Of a stretch of 64,000 nucleotides of DNA, positions 9,214 through 19,309 are shown in pieces. The notes under the pieces were generated by a model. It was not told the DNA's origin. It worked only from the letters and a program-made list of their open reading frames with translations, and did not search any database. Each line of letters begins with the position of its first letter. The stretch's first letter is position 1. Origin of the DNA: Candidatus Woesebacteria bacterium GW2011_GWF1_31_35 (GTDB taxonomy: Bacteria > Patescibacteriota > Microgenomatia > UBA8517). The stretch spans positions 129,754 through 193,753 of the forward strand of contig CP011214.1 of assembly GCA_001029755.1 (NCBI GenBank), written 5' to 3'. The position numbers were made by a program, and so were the translations under genes.

Positions 9214-10013
9214 CTTCCAACTGCTTCATATACCTTTAATCCCTTTAACCAAATTCTTTTCATTATTATTAATAAAATAAAACACCAAATTGTACCTATT
9301 CCCAAACTTACTAATATTTCTTGATAATTTAAATTACCCAAATATATTTTAATTGGTACAAACACAAGATATGGAAATGGAGTTATTTTAAGTATTTTAT
9401 AAACCCCCATTGGTAATACATCTAAAGGAAAAAAAGAACCTGACAAAAATTCAGTGACTACCACAATAAATAAAAATTGTGACCCCCAAGCAATTTCTGG
9501 AAACCAAAAGGGGATAAAGCTTATTATCATTGAAATTGCGAAAAAAATTATAATTGCAACAATTATAGAAATAATAAAAAAAACTACATAAAGAAAACTT
9601 GTTTGAAAAAATAAATTAGGTTTCAAAAATATTAAAAGTAAAGTTATTTCTAAAAGACTAAATATAATATTTAAGAATTTACTAGATAAATCTCTTGTTA
9701 TCCAATATTTAAAAAAATTTACAGGTTTAACTAAAAAGTTTGAAAGTTCTCCTCTTGATATTTGCCCTGAAACATCTACAGATCTAGAAGATAATGTTAT
9801 TGCTCTTATTACCAATAACATAAACGCATATGTTAATATTTTTTCCTTGTTATAGCCTAATAAATCTCCTGTTCTATTTTCAAAAACTGCATTCCAAAGA
9901 AAGAAAAAAACCAGTATCTGCATCACATTCCTAATTCTCCACATAACAAAATTTAATTTATATGCAAACTCTTGTTGGAAAGAAATCCTAAAAATTGAAA
10001 GAAACTTCTTCAT
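9210..10013 (-). CDS. ABC-2 family (DUF990-like) permease
   Basis: GELSNFLVKPV, LSGSFFPL, YEAVGR C-terminus. Confidence 0.85.
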   Translation of the reverse strand: MKKFLSIFRISFQQEFAYKLNFVMWRIRNVMQILVFFFLWNAVFENRTGDLLGYNKEKILTYAFMLLVIRAITLSSRSVDVSGQISRGELSNFLVKPVNFFKYWITRDLSSKFLNIIFSLLEITLLLIFLKPNLFFQTSFLYVVFFIISIIVAIIIFFAISMIISFIPFWFPEIAWGSQFLFIVVVTEFLSGSFFPLDVLPMGVYKILKITPFPYLVFVPIKIYLGNLNYQEILVSLGIGTIWCFILLIIMKRIWLKGLKVYEAVGR

Positions 10014-10997
10014 TTATTTAAGTCCACCTTTAAATACTTTTCTTATTACATCTTCAATTGGCACTTCTTCAATAGTTAAATCAGTAACTGGAAAATTTTG
10101 TAATAATTCTGATGCGGCCATAGCTACAGTTTGTCTAGGAACTGAAATTGTTACTTCTGGAAAAGAATATTTTTTAACGAAACCTATTTGGTCTAATTTT
10201 TTAATATCATCTTCAGAAGAAAGCGTTGCTTTAATTATTTTCTCTTTAGCAAATTTTTCAGTTAATTCTTCTAATATTCCATCAAAAATTATTTTCCCCT
10301 CATCAATTACTATTACACGTCTTGCAAGATCAACTAAATCATTCATATTATGAGATGTAAGTAGAATGGTGGCTTCATTTTTTTGATTATATTCATATAT
10401 AAAATCTCTTAAATTTTGTTGAGCAACTAAATCTAATCCAATTGTTGGTTCGTCAAGAAATAGAACTTTGGGTTTATAAATTAAAGCTGCAATAAGTTCC
10501 ATCTTCATTCTTTGACCTAATGAAAGTTTTCGAACCTGAGTTTTTAAAAATTTAGAAACATCGAGTAAACTTACTAGTTCATCCAGATTTTTTTGATAAT
10601 CTCTATCTGATATTCCATATATTGCTTTATTTAATTCAAAAGATTCAATAACAGGAAGGTCCCACCAAAGTTGGTTTTTTTGACCCATCACCAAAGATAT
10701 TTGTTTTAAAAAATCATGTGATTTTTCCCAAGGATCAAAATCTAATACTGAAACAAAACCAGATGAGGGGAAAAGTAAACCTGATAATATCTTTAAAGTT
10801 GTAGTTTTACCTGCTCCATTTGGACCAATAAATCCTACTAATTCCCCGGGTTGAACAGAAAAAGAAACTCCATTTAATGCTTTAATTTTTCTTTTAACAG
10901 GAGAAAATATTGATGAAATAGATCCTTTGATTCCAGGTTGTCTTTCAGAGACATCAAAGTTTTTTGTTAGTCTATCAACAATAATAGCCTTATTCAT
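10014..10997 (-). CDS. ABC transporter ATP-binding protein
   Basis: GPNGAGKTT, LSLGQ, LFLDEPTIGLD. Confidence 0.95.
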   Translation of the reverse strand: MNKAIIVDRLTKNFDVSERQPGIKGSISSIFSPVKRKIKALNGVSFSVQPGELVGFIGPNGAGKTTTLKILSGLLFPSSGFVSVLDFDPWEKSHDFLKQISLVMGQKNQLWWDLPVIESFELNKAIYGISDRDYQKNLDELVSLLDVSKFLKTQVRKLSLGQRMKMELIAALIYKPKVLFLDEPTIGLDLVAQQNLRDFIYEYNQKNEATILLTSHNMNDLVDLARRVIVIDEGKIIFDGILEELTEKFAKEKIIKATLSSEDDIKKLDQIGFVKKYSFPEVTISVPRQTVAMAASELLQNFPVTDLTIEEVPIEDVIRKVFKGGLK

Positions 10998-11038
10998 TAA
11001 GACAAATTATACACTTTATCCAAAAGGACAAGATTTTC

Positions 11039-11314
11039 TTATCTTATCACTTGTCTTTTTAAAGTTTTACCTGGAGTAAATCTTGGAGACCTATGAGTTT
11101 TAATTGTAACTAAAGTATTTGTTTTTGGAATTTTTACTGTTTTTCCCTTCATTGAAATAACTCTAAATGTTCCAAAACCTGAAAGAACTACTTTTTCACC
11201 CTTTGCTAAAATTCTACCAATTTCAGCTAAAAATACATCAACTGCTTCTTCCGCTCCTTTTTTAGTTAAATGAGCTTTTCTCGCAACTTGTTCAATAATA
11301 TCTCTTTTAGTCAT
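11039..11314 (-). CDS. hup: HU family DNA-binding protein
   Basis: MTKRDII...GFGTF...PRFTPGKTLK; TTGACA-17-TAAGAT upstream. Confidence 0.9.
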   Translation of the reverse strand: MTKRDIIEQVARKAHLTKKGAEEAVDVFLAEIGRILAKGEKVVLSGFGTFRVISMKGKTVKIPKTNTLVTIKTHRSPRFTPGKTLKRQVIR

Positions 11315-11382
11315 TTCTGGTTGAAATCTTAAGCTAATATAAACAAAATGTCAAGATTCTTCGGCAAAAAATTAGATAATTT

Positions 11383-12552
11383 TTATTTTGCAGATGTGGT
11401 ACCTATGACACGAACTTCACGAACCGCGGTTACCTTAATTTGTCCAGCATACTCAGCTTCTTTTTCAAGTTTTTTAGTAATTTCATGGACTAAAACGGTT
11501 AATTTATCATCATCAACTTCATTTGGATCAACAAAAACTCTGACATCTCTTCCTGCTTGAAAGGCGTAAGCTACATCCACTCCATCAAAATTTTTAACAA
11601 TTTCTTCAATTTTATCCATTCTTTTAACATAACCTTCATGAGGTTCATATCTTGCTCCAGGTCTTGATCCTGAAGCTGAATCAGCAATCCAAACTATATA
11701 AGATTCAACAGACGAAAATGGTTTATCCTCATGATGTTCAGCAACTGTTGCTATTACATCTTTAGGAATACCAAATTTCTTTAAAGTAGAAACACCAACA
11801 TCAATATGATTTCCTTCCTCATCTGTCACAACTTTACCAATATCATGAAGTAAACATCCTAAACGAACTACATCCACCTTTGCACCTAACTCTTCAGCTA
11901 CTGCAATTCCTATTTTTGTTTCTTCAATTGTATGATGACCTAAATTTTGTCCATATGAAGTTCTAAATTTGAATTTTCCAATAAGTTTGAGTAAATCAAC
12001 AGAAAGATTATATACCCCACATTCTTCTGAAATTTTTTTGCCTTCTTCAAGTAAAACATCTTCCATTTGAGATTTTGTTTGTTTTACAACTTCTTCAATT
12101 CTTGTAGGTTGAATTCTCGTATCTCTAATTAAAATTTCCAAAGCCCTTTTTGCAATTTCTCGTCTTACTGAATCAAAAGAAGAAATTCTAATTTCATTTG
12201 TTTCATCAATAATAATTTCCACACCAGTTTCTTTTTCAAAACTTCTTATATTTCTTCCCTCTGCACCAATGATTCGTCCTTTGACTTCTTCATTTGGAAC
12301 AACAATTGAAGAAACCGTATATTCAGCAACAAAAGAAGTAACCCCATGCTTTAATGCATCAGCTAATATTTCTTTTGATTTTTCTCCTGCTTCAAGTTTT
12401 ACTTTTTCTTCAGCAGATCTAATTTTTTTTGCAATTTCAGAAGATAAATCTCTTTGCACCTCATCAAGTAATGCTTTCTTTGCTTCATCAATAGTCATCT
12501 TTGAAACTTTTTCCAAAGCACTAATATAATCATCCCTTTTTGTATTTGTCAT
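11383..12552 (-). CDS. rny: Ribonuclease Y, no N-terminal membrane anchor
   Basis: KH domain KGRIIGAEGRNIR, RTSYGQN, HD domain LLHDIGK, RPGAR, QAGRDVRV. Confidence 0.95.
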   Translation of the reverse strand: MTNTKRDDYISALEKVSKMTIDEAKKALLDEVQRDLSSEIAKKIRSAEEKVKLEAGEKSKEILADALKHGVTSFVAEYTVSSIVVPNEEVKGRIIGAEGRNIRSFEKETGVEIIIDETNEIRISSFDSVRREIAKRALEILIRDTRIQPTRIEEVVKQTKSQMEDVLLEEGKKISEECGVYNLSVDLLKLIGKFKFRTSYGQNLGHHTIEETKIGIAVAEELGAKVDVVRLGCLLHDIGKVVTDEEGNHIDVGVSTLKKFGIPKDVIATVAEHHEDKPFSSVESYIVWIADSASGSRPGARYEPHEGYVKRMDKIEEIVKNFDGVDVAYAFQAGRDVRVFVDPNEVDDDKLTVLVHEITKKLEKEAEYAGQIKVTAVREVRVIGTTSAK

Positions 12553-12677
12553 AATTTAACTTTCTTTTTTGTTTTTAGAAGATAAAAAGAATAAATAACT
12601 TTTTATTAATTTGAAAAGCTGTGGGAAGAAACTTTATTGTTAGTCCTTCTTACCATATTCTTTACTTCTAACTAAGT

Positions 12678-12706
12678 ATTTTACTATTTATGAAGCAATT
12701 GGTCAA
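12678..12706 (-). promoter_or_regulatory. Sigma70-type promoter of rny
   Basis: TTGACC-17nt-TAAAAT, about 120 nt upstream of ATG. Confidence 0.6.
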
Positions 12707-12720
12707 TTGGATTGTATTTT

Positions 12721-13212
12721 TTAAGGGGACGTTTGAAAATATAAAGAACCATCCGTTAAAGTTGTACTAATTGTATATTTGCCATCTATTCCAATAGAAT
12801 ATTGATAGGATTGTTTTGTATATGGATTAATTTTAACCTCAGAAATATATTTCGGCACTAAATTATTTAATGATATTGGATATTTCTGATAATCAACCTT
12901 ATACAACTCTAGTGCTGATCGGGTCGAGGAGATATCGTACCTTATTTGCTTATCCAATGCCTCATTTGTATTTCCAAAATAATTCATCGCCTGTCCACTT
13001 TTTTCCTTGGCCTGTTGCAAAGCTTTGTTTGGACTTCTTGTCGACAAAATTACCACCATTACAACTCCCAACAAAGCCAATACAAGAGGTATTGTAATTA
13101 ACCATTTGATCCATTTAGACCAGTCAACCCAAAACCAAACTAAAATTAATCCAACAGGATACAGAAACAAAATAAAAAATATCGTAATTATAGTCTTTAC
13201 TCTCTCATTCAT
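12721..13212 (-). CDS. Membrane protein with GspG/pseudopilin-like C-terminal region
   Basis: Two N-terminal TMs; DISSTRSALELYKVDYQKYP-SL-NLVPKYI resembles the GspG core. Confidence 0.6.
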   Translation of the reverse strand: MNERVKTIITIFFILFLYPVGLILVWFWVDWSKWIKWLITIPLVLALLGVVMVVILSTRSPNKALQQAKEKSGQAMNYFGNTNEALDKQIRYDISSTRSALELYKVDYQKYPISLNNLVPKYISEVKINPYTKQSYQYSIGIDGKYTISTTLTDGSLYFQTSP

Positions 13213-13832
13213 GACTTAATTATATCATCACTAATCACTTTTTCAATAACATCCCAACCAAACCCCTTGCCTGATAAATATTGAATAATTTTTTGTTTTT
13301 TAATTTTTTCTTCATATTTATCCCATTTATATTCTTTTTTCTCTATTAACTTTTTTGCAATCTTTACTTCATCAATTTCACTTTCTTCCAATGTGTTTTC
13401 AATAATTTCATTTTTAATTCCTTTGGCTCTTAATTCAAATTTTAAATCTTTTTTAGATTTATTCTTAAATACAAGTCTTTGATCAACCCACCATTTAGAA
13501 AATTTAGTATCATTTATAAGTTCTAGTCGATTTAATCGATTAAAGAGTTCTTCATTCAAACTTTCATGAACTTTTTTTCTTTTTAAATAATCTTTAATTT
13601 CTTTTTCACTTCTAGGTCTAACTATTACAAATCTTAATAATTTATCAAAAGTTTTTTGAAACTCAGCTTTTTTAATTATTTCTTCTATTTCTAAAGTAGT
13701 CAATTCCTGATTTAGTTTTAATCCTAACTTAAGAAAATTTTCTAAATCTAACCCAAAACCAAATTCTCCATCAATATAAATATTTACTCTTTTTTGATTT
13801 TTTTGAGGCTTAAAGGCTGTTATTGTTGGCAT
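13209..13832 (-). CDS. recX: Regulatory protein RecX
   Basis: RPRSEKEI, LINDTKFS, YLSGKGF; downstream of recA. Confidence 0.9.
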   Translation of the reverse strand: MPTITAFKPQKNQKRVNIYIDGEFGFGLDLENFLKLGLKLNQELTTLEIEEIIKKAEFQKTFDKLLRFVIVRPRSEKEIKDYLKRKKVHESLNEELFNRLNRLELINDTKFSKWWVDQRLVFKNKSKKDLKFELRAKGIKNEIIENTLEESEIDEVKIAKKLIEKKEYKWDKYEEKIKKQKIIQYLSGKGFGWDVIEKVISDDIIKS

Positions 13833-13865
13833 TAACCAATGTTACTACGAAGTAATAATAAAATC

Positions 13866-14954
13866 CTATTCTTCTTTATTCTTTTCCCCTATCTCTGTTG
13901 GAAGTTTTTTACCAGAAACTGCTAATTCTCTAATCTTTTTTTCAATTTCTTCTGCAAATTTATGATTATCTCTAATATATGTTTTTGCTCCTTCTCTTCC
14001 CTGTGCAATTACCTTTCCATCATAGTTAAAAAATGATCCACTTTTAGTTAAAATTCCAAGATCAACTGCTACATCTAAAATGTTGCCCGGTTTACTAATC
14101 CCGTCTTCATTCATAATGTCAAACTCGGCAACTCTTAAAGGAGGTGCAACTTTATTTTTAACTACTCTAACTCTTACTCTTGTACCAATTACTAAATCAT
14201 TATCTGCCTTTATTGATTCAATTCTTCTAATATCAAGTCTTACTGAACAATAAAATTTTAGAGCTAAACCTCCTGGAGTTGTTTCAGGATTTCCAAACAT
14301 AACTCCAATCTTTTGTCTTAATTGATTTGTAAAAATTAAAACAGTTTTTGATTTGGAAATTGCACCAGTTAATTTTCTTAAAGCTTGACTCATAAGCCTT
14401 GCTTGTAGGCCCATTACAGCATCTCCCATTTCTCCTTCAAGTTCTGCTCGTGGAACCAAAGCCGCCACAGAATCAACAACTATTACATCAATTGCCCCAG
14501 ATCTTATTAATGTCTCTGTGATTTCTAAAGCTTGCTCACCGGTATCAGGTTGACTCATTAAAAGATTATCTAAGTCAACTCCAATTATTTCAGCTCTTAT
14601 AGGGTCAAGTGCATGTTCTGCATCGACAAATGCACACTGTCCACCCTTTTTTTGCGCTTCAGCAATAACAGATAAGGCCAAAGTTGTTTTACCAGAAGCT
14701 TCTGGACCATATATTTCGACAATTCTTCCTCTCGGAAGTCCACCAACACCTAATGCTAAATCAAGTGCGATAGATCCTGTTGAAATTACTTCAACTTGTG
14801 CTCTTTTGTCAGCATTTTCCCCAAGTCTCATAATGGAACCTTTACCATATTGTTTTTCTATCTGATCCATTGCTAGTTTAATAGCTTGAAGTTTTGCGGC
14901 TCCACCTTCTTGTTTTATTGGAGCTTCTACTGTTTCTGTTTTTTTCTTTGCCAT
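13866..14954 (-). CDS. recA: Recombinase RecA
   Basis: [35 protein letters not shown]. Confidence 0.99.
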   Translation of the reverse strand: MAKKKTETVEAPIKQEGGAAKLQAIKLAMDQIEKQYGKGSIMRLGENADKRAQVEVISTGSIALDLALGVGGLPRGRIVEIYGPEASGKTTLALSVIAEAQKKGGQCAFVDAEHALDPIRAEIIGVDLDNLLMSQPDTGEQALEITETLIRSGAIDVIVVDSVAALVPRAELEGEMGDAVMGLQARLMSQALRKLTGAISKSKTVLIFTNQLRQKIGVMFGNPETTPGGLALKFYCSVRLDIRRIESIKADNDLVIGTRVRVRVVKNKVAPPLRVAEFDIMNEDGISKPGNILDVAVDLGILTKSGSFFNYDGKVIAQGREGAKTYIRDNHKFAEEIEKKIRELAVSGKKLPTEIGEKNKEE

Positions 14955-14980
14955 TCGTAATCTACTTTATATTACGAATG
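14952..14980. repeat. Perfect 10-bp inverted repeat over recA promoter and start codon
   Basis: CATTCGTAAT-ctactttat-ATTACGAATG. Confidence 0.8.
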
Positions 14981-15014
14981 AAAGCCAAATGCAAGAAGTA
15001 TTTTTTAATTTCTT

Positions 15015-15085
15015 TCGGGGATCTGGGAATTGAACCCAAGCCTGACGGCCCCCAGCCGCCAATTCTACCATTAAACTAATCCCCG
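15015..15085 (-). tRNA. tRNA-Pro (anticodon GGG), CCA not encoded
   Basis: CGGGGATTAGTTTAATGGTAGAATTGGCGGCTGGGGGCCGTCAGGCTTGGGTTCAATTCCCAGATCCCCGA folds as a cloverleaf; TGATAAAAT upstream. Confidence 0.95.
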
Positions 15086-15109
15086 TAATTTCTATTTTAT
15101 CAAACTAAA

Positions 15110-16315
15110 TTACTCATATCTAATTGCCTCAATTGGAGAAAGTTTAGCAGCTCTTTTAGCGGGAAATATTCCAAAAAAAATTCCTATTGCTGATGAAACA
15201 AATATTGCAACCACTACTGCAACAATATTAATACTTGCCGGGAAAAATATTCTAACTATCAAAACGATAATTATTGCAACAATTAATCCTATAACTCCAC
15301 CTAAAAGGGAGAGCACTACAGATTCTGAAAGGAATTGTAATAGAATATCTTTTTCTGTTGCTCCAATTGCACGTCTGATTCCGATTTCCTTAGTCCTTTC
15401 AGTTACTGTTGCATACATAATATTCATAATTCCAATACCTCCCACAAAAAGAGAAATTGATCCTATTGCAATTAATACTGAATTAATAATTGCAAAGATT
15501 GAATTAATTGAAGATAAAATTTGAGATTGCTCCGTAACTGAAAAATCATCCACTTTATATCTTTTCAAAAGTGCATTTTTGGCATCTTCTTTTACATTTT
15601 GGATAGTCTTATCAGACGATGCCCCAAGGTAAATTGTAAAAAAAGTTTTATCTGGATTTATATTACCAAAAGTTGAACTATATGGTACAAACACACCACT
15701 ATCCATTTCCCTATCACCTTTTTTCTTAGCCACTCCAATTACTATATATCTTTGGTCGTTTACTTTAACTGTCTTTCCAATTGCTATTGTTGGATCAATA
15801 AATAATTTTTCGGCAATATTATAACCTAATACTGCCTTTTTAGTTTTTCCCAACACATCAGATCTTGAAAATTCTCTTCCCTCTAAAAGTTCTAAATTTA
15901 ATAATTTAAAGGCATCTTCATTGGTTGCCATAACATAACCTGTAGATTTTTCTCTACCTGTCTCAAAAACCAAACTTTTCATAAACATAGGAACTACATA
16001 ATTAATATCTGGAAGTTTACTTAAAGTTTTTACATCCTTTTCATCAAAACTAGCTCCTCCAGCAAAACCTGCACCAAAATTTCCACCAACCCCGCTTCCT
16101 TCTGAAAAAACATTCCCAGGAAAAATAATTAGTAAATTTGCACCCAAACTTTCAAACTGACCCTGAATATAATTTTTTAATCCTAAACCTAACGCAATTA
16201 ACAAAACCACTGATAAAACTCCGACCATAATTCCTAAGGAAGTTAAAAGTGTTCTTACTTTATTTCTTTTAAAATCATCAAACGATGACTTTATTAAATA
16301 TTTATATTGTTCCAT
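15110..16315 (-). CDS. MacB/FtsX-like ABC permease
   Basis: RTLLTSLGIMVG, VGGIGIMNIM, VTERTKEIGIRRAIGA, PIEAIRYE. Confidence 0.95.
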   Translation of the reverse strand: MEQYKYLIKSSFDDFKRNKVRTLLTSLGIMVGVLSVVLLIALGLGLKNYIQGQFESLGANLLIIFPGNVFSEGSGVGGNFGAGFAGGASFDEKDVKTLSKLPDINYVVPMFMKSLVFETGREKSTGYVMATNEDAFKLLNLELLEGREFSRSDVLGKTKKAVLGYNIAEKLFIDPTIAIGKTVKVNDQRYIVIGVAKKKGDREMDSGVFVPYSSTFGNINPDKTFFTIYLGASSDKTIQNVKEDAKNALLKRYKVDDFSVTEQSQILSSINSIFAIINSVLIAIGSISLFVGGIGIMNIMYATVTERTKEIGIRRAIGATEKDILLQFLSESVVLSLLGGVIGLIVAIIIVLIVRIFFPASINIVAVVVAIFVSSAIGIFFGIFPAKRAAKLSPIEAIRYE

Positions 16316-16329
16316 ATTTTATTAAATTA

Positions 16330-17007
16330 TTAAAGATATCTACTAACTACTTTGCCATCTTTTATATATATTTCTCTTCTTGTTCTTTTTGCCACTGCTT
16401 TTTCATGAGTTACTAAAACAATCGTTACTCCAGTTTTTTTGTTTAAATCTTCTAAAATATCTAAAATTTCATCTCCCGTTTTACTATCCAAATTACCCGT
16501 TGGTTCATCAGCTAAAATTAAGTCAGGACTCATAATTAATGCTCTTGCGATAGCTACCCTTTGTTGTTGGCCACCTGAGATTTTATTAGGATAAAAATTT
16601 AACCTTTTTTCCATCCCAAACCTTGTTAATAAATCTGTAGCTTTTTTTAAAGGATCAAAATTTAATTTTCCTTTAAAATAAATTGCAGGAAGTGCAACAT
16701 TTTCTAGTACTGTTAATTTATTGATCAAATTAAATTGTTGAAAAACAAAACCAACAAAAGTATTTCTAATCTTTGAAACCTCATCATCTGATAATTTTGA
16801 AATATCTTTTTTATTAATTAATAGTGTTCCAGAAGTTGGTCTTTCTAGAAGTCCTATTAAATGCATTAGTGTAGATTTTCCAGACCCCGAAGTTCCTAAA
16901 ATACTTGCATACTCACCTTTTTTAATACCTATTGAAACATTATCAACTGCGGTAACTTTATCTTCCCCTAAAGTATAAGTTTTACTTACACCTATAAGTT
17001 TAATCAT
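16330..17007 (-). CDS. MacB/LolD-like ABC ATP-binding protein
   Basis: [33 protein letters not shown]. Confidence 0.95.
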   Translation of the reverse strand: MIKLIGVSKTYTLGEDKVTAVDNVSIGIKKGEYASILGTSGSGKSTLMHLIGLLERPTSGTLLINKKDISKLSDDEVSKIRNTFVGFVFQQFNLINKLTVLENVALPAIYFKGKLNFDPLKKATDLLTRFGMEKRLNFYPNKISGGQQQRVAIARALIMSPDLILADEPTGNLDSKTGDEILDILEDLNKKTGVTIVLVTHEKAVAKRTRREIYIKDGKVVSRYL

Positions 17008-18016
17008 ATACTTTTAAGCCCTCTGAAATTTCTCCAATTACTTCTATATTATCTTCTGATTCAATACCACCTGTTACATAAACTTTTCCATTTTTAGTAT
17101 TTGTTTTTAAATATTGCCCTAATTTATCTTGCTTTAAAAAATTAGTTGATACATATAAAACGTTTTCTTTTTCAGAAGTTACAAATTTTGCATCCCCTGT
17201 CATGGCAATTTTAAATTTAGAATTAATTAAATCAACGTTAGTAAAAGATACTTTTACCGAATAAACAGATCCTGTCTCTCCCAATTTTGGTGTAAAAGAA
17301 ATATTATCAACTTTTCCCTCAAAACTATTGCCATCAAATGAATCTAAAATTATTGTAACTTTTTGACCAACGGTTAATTTTGTAACTTCAGTTTGATCAG
17401 CCAAACTTTGAAAATACATAGTATTCGGATCAATTATTTCAGCTTCTACAGAAGATACATTTGTGTATACACCGACAAAAGGATGAGAAAGAAAAGTAAT
17501 AATCCCGTTAAATGGAGCATATAAACTAGCTCCGTCTAAATTTCTTTTAGCTGAAATTACAGCTTCATATGCTTTGTCTTTGTTAGCCTCGGCCATAGTT
17601 CTTAAATCCTTTTGGGCATATGTTTCGTCATTTTTATGATCTTTTAGTTGATCATGAATATTTTCAACAGTAGCATCATAAATTCTTAAATTAGAAAGTG
17701 CTACTTGGTAGCTTGAATTTAATACTGTCGTATCTAATTTACTAATTAACTTTCCCTTATAAACTTTATCACCTTCTTTTACCCCCACATAAACAATCCT
17801 TCCTGAAGTTTCAAATGAGAGCTTTGCATAATTCTCTGCAGATATTTCTCCTGATAAAATAAGTTCTTCTTTAACATTTCCTTTTTTAATTGTATCTACT
17901 TTAACATTTAAGTTTTTGGACCTTGAAGAAAAAAATATAATTACCCCAATTATCATAATAAAGAGTATTAATAATTTTTTCCAATTTTTGACAAAAAATT
18001 TAGTTGTCTTTTTCAT
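17000..18016 (-). CDS. MacA/HlyD-family adaptor (membrane fusion protein)
   Basis: N-terminal TM; SGRIVYVGVKEGDKV and YAPFNG lipoyl-like halves. Confidence 0.9.
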   Translation of the reverse strand: MKKTTKFFVKNWKKLLILFIMIIGVIIFFSSRSKNLNVKVDTIKKGNVKEELILSGEISAENYAKLSFETSGRIVYVGVKEGDKVYKGKLISKLDTTVLNSSYQVALSNLRIYDATVENIHDQLKDHKNDETYAQKDLRTMAEANKDKAYEAVISAKRNLDGASLYAPFNGIITFLSHPFVGVYTNVSSVEAEIIDPNTMYFQSLADQTEVTKLTVGQKVTIILDSFDGNSFEGKVDNISFTPKLGETGSVYSVKVSFTNVDLINSKFKIAMTGDAKFVTSEKENVLYVSTNFLKQDKLGQYLKTNTKNGKVYVTGGIESEDNIEVIGEISEGLKVYD

Positions 18017-18033
18017 TTTCTGAAATATTAAAA

Positions 18034-18447
18034 TTAACGCTTTGGAGATTGTTTTTTGCGTCTTGCTTTACCACCTGTACCAACCATTCTTCTTAAACGA
18101 ACTCTAGAATCTCTAGTTAATAAATTGTTTGTTTTTAAAGAAATTCTATATTTTTCACTATCTAATTTAACCAATGCTCTTGAAATACCGTGAACAATTG
18201 CTTCAAGTTGGCCTTCTTTACCACCACCTGCTACATTCGCAGTAAAATAAAACTTACCTAAAGTATCAGTAACTTTAAAAGGTTTATTTAATGAAAGCTC
18301 ACTTACCTTATTTTGATATATTGAAGAAACTTTTTGACCATTTATTAAACTCTCCCCAGTTCCTTTAAATAAACGTACTCTAGCAGAAGAACTTTTTCTT
18401 CTACCAACTGTAAATGTATAAGTTTTTTTACTTGAAATTTTTTTCAT
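18034..18447 (-). CDS. rpsI: 30S ribosomal protein S9
   Basis: GRRKSSSARVRL, GGGKEGQ, KQSPKR. Confidence 0.97.
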   Translation of the reverse strand: MKKISSKKTYTFTVGRRKSSSARVRLFKGTGESLINGQKVSSIYQNKVSELSLNKPFKVTDTLGKFYFTANVAGGGKEGQLEAIVHGISRALVKLDSEKYRISLKTNNLLTRDSRVRLRRMVGTGGKARRKKQSPKR

Positions 18448-18844
18448 ATTTATGTTTCTCTCCTTTTGTTACATGCAATCTTGCCATTCTATCAGATTTT
18501 AAACGATTATCAGGTAGCATCCCGGAAACTGCAAATTCAATAACTCTATTTGGATGTTCTTTAAACATTTTTTCAAAACTAACTTCTTTAAAACCACCTG
18601 GGTAACCAGAATGTCCTCTATAAACTTTTTGTTCTTTTTTTCTACCTGTTAATTTTACTTTTTCACAATTAATAATGACTACATTATCTCCAGAATCCAT
18701 ATGTGTTGAATAATTAGCTTTTTGTTTTCCCATTAAAAGAGTAGCTATATTAGTTGAAAGCCTACCTAATATTTGATCTTTTGCATCAATTAAATGCCAA
18801 TTTCTTTTAATTTCTTTTTCCTTAGGTTGATAAGTCTTATACAT
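18428..18844 (-). CDS. rplM: 50S ribosomal protein L13
   Basis: WHLIDA...LGRL, HSGYPGG. Confidence 0.97.
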   Translation of the reverse strand: MYKTYQPKEKEIKRNWHLIDAKDQILGRLSTNIATLLMGKQKANYSTHMDSGDNVVIINCEKVKLTGRKKEQKVYRGHSGYPGGFKEVSFEKMFKEHPNRVIEFAVSGMLPDNRLKSDRMARLHVTKGEKHKYEKNFK

Positions 18845-18847
18845 AAT

Positions 18848-19306
18848 TTATTTTGTTTTTTTATTTACTTTTTTATCTTCACCATTTTTAACCTTTTTAT
18901 CTTTTTTTGTCTTTAAATCCTCTTTTTTAAGTTCTTCTTTTTTTAATTTCACCTCAGTCCATTCTAATCTAACCATCTTTGCTAAATCTCCTTTTCTTTG
19001 AGAAATTGGAATAATTCTTGTAAAACCGCTGTTTCTTTCAGGAAAATAATTAACTACTTCTGTCCATATAATGGTTGCAATTTTCTTATTCCCTTTTAGT
19101 CTTTTTAAAATCTGTCTTTTGGATGCTAATGTCCCCTTTTTAGCCAAAGAAACTAATCGATCAATTAAACCGATAACTGCTTTTGCTTTTGCTCTGGTTG
19201 TATTGATTTTTTTATTTATCACCAAACTTTCAACCAAAGAAACAAACAAAGCCTCCCTCGTTGCTCTCTCTCTAGAGAGTTTTTTACCAAAAACTTTCTT
19301 AACCAT
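18848..19306 (-). CDS. rplQ: 50S ribosomal protein L17 with Lys-rich tail
   Basis: INTTRAKAK, RNSGFTRI, RKGD. Confidence 0.95.
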   Translation of the reverse strand: MVKKVFGKKLSRERATREALFVSLVESLVINKKINTTRAKAKAVIGLIDRLVSLAKKGTLASKRQILKRLKGNKKIATIIWTEVVNYFPERNSGFTRIIPISQRKGDLAKMVRLEWTEVKLKKEELKKEDLKTKKDKKVKNGEDKKVNKKTK

Positions 19307-19309
19307 AGT

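Noticed and set aside
15015-15110. tRNA-Pro as an integration site for the MacAB-like genes
   Set aside because: No integrase and no duplicated tRNA 3' end seen in the window
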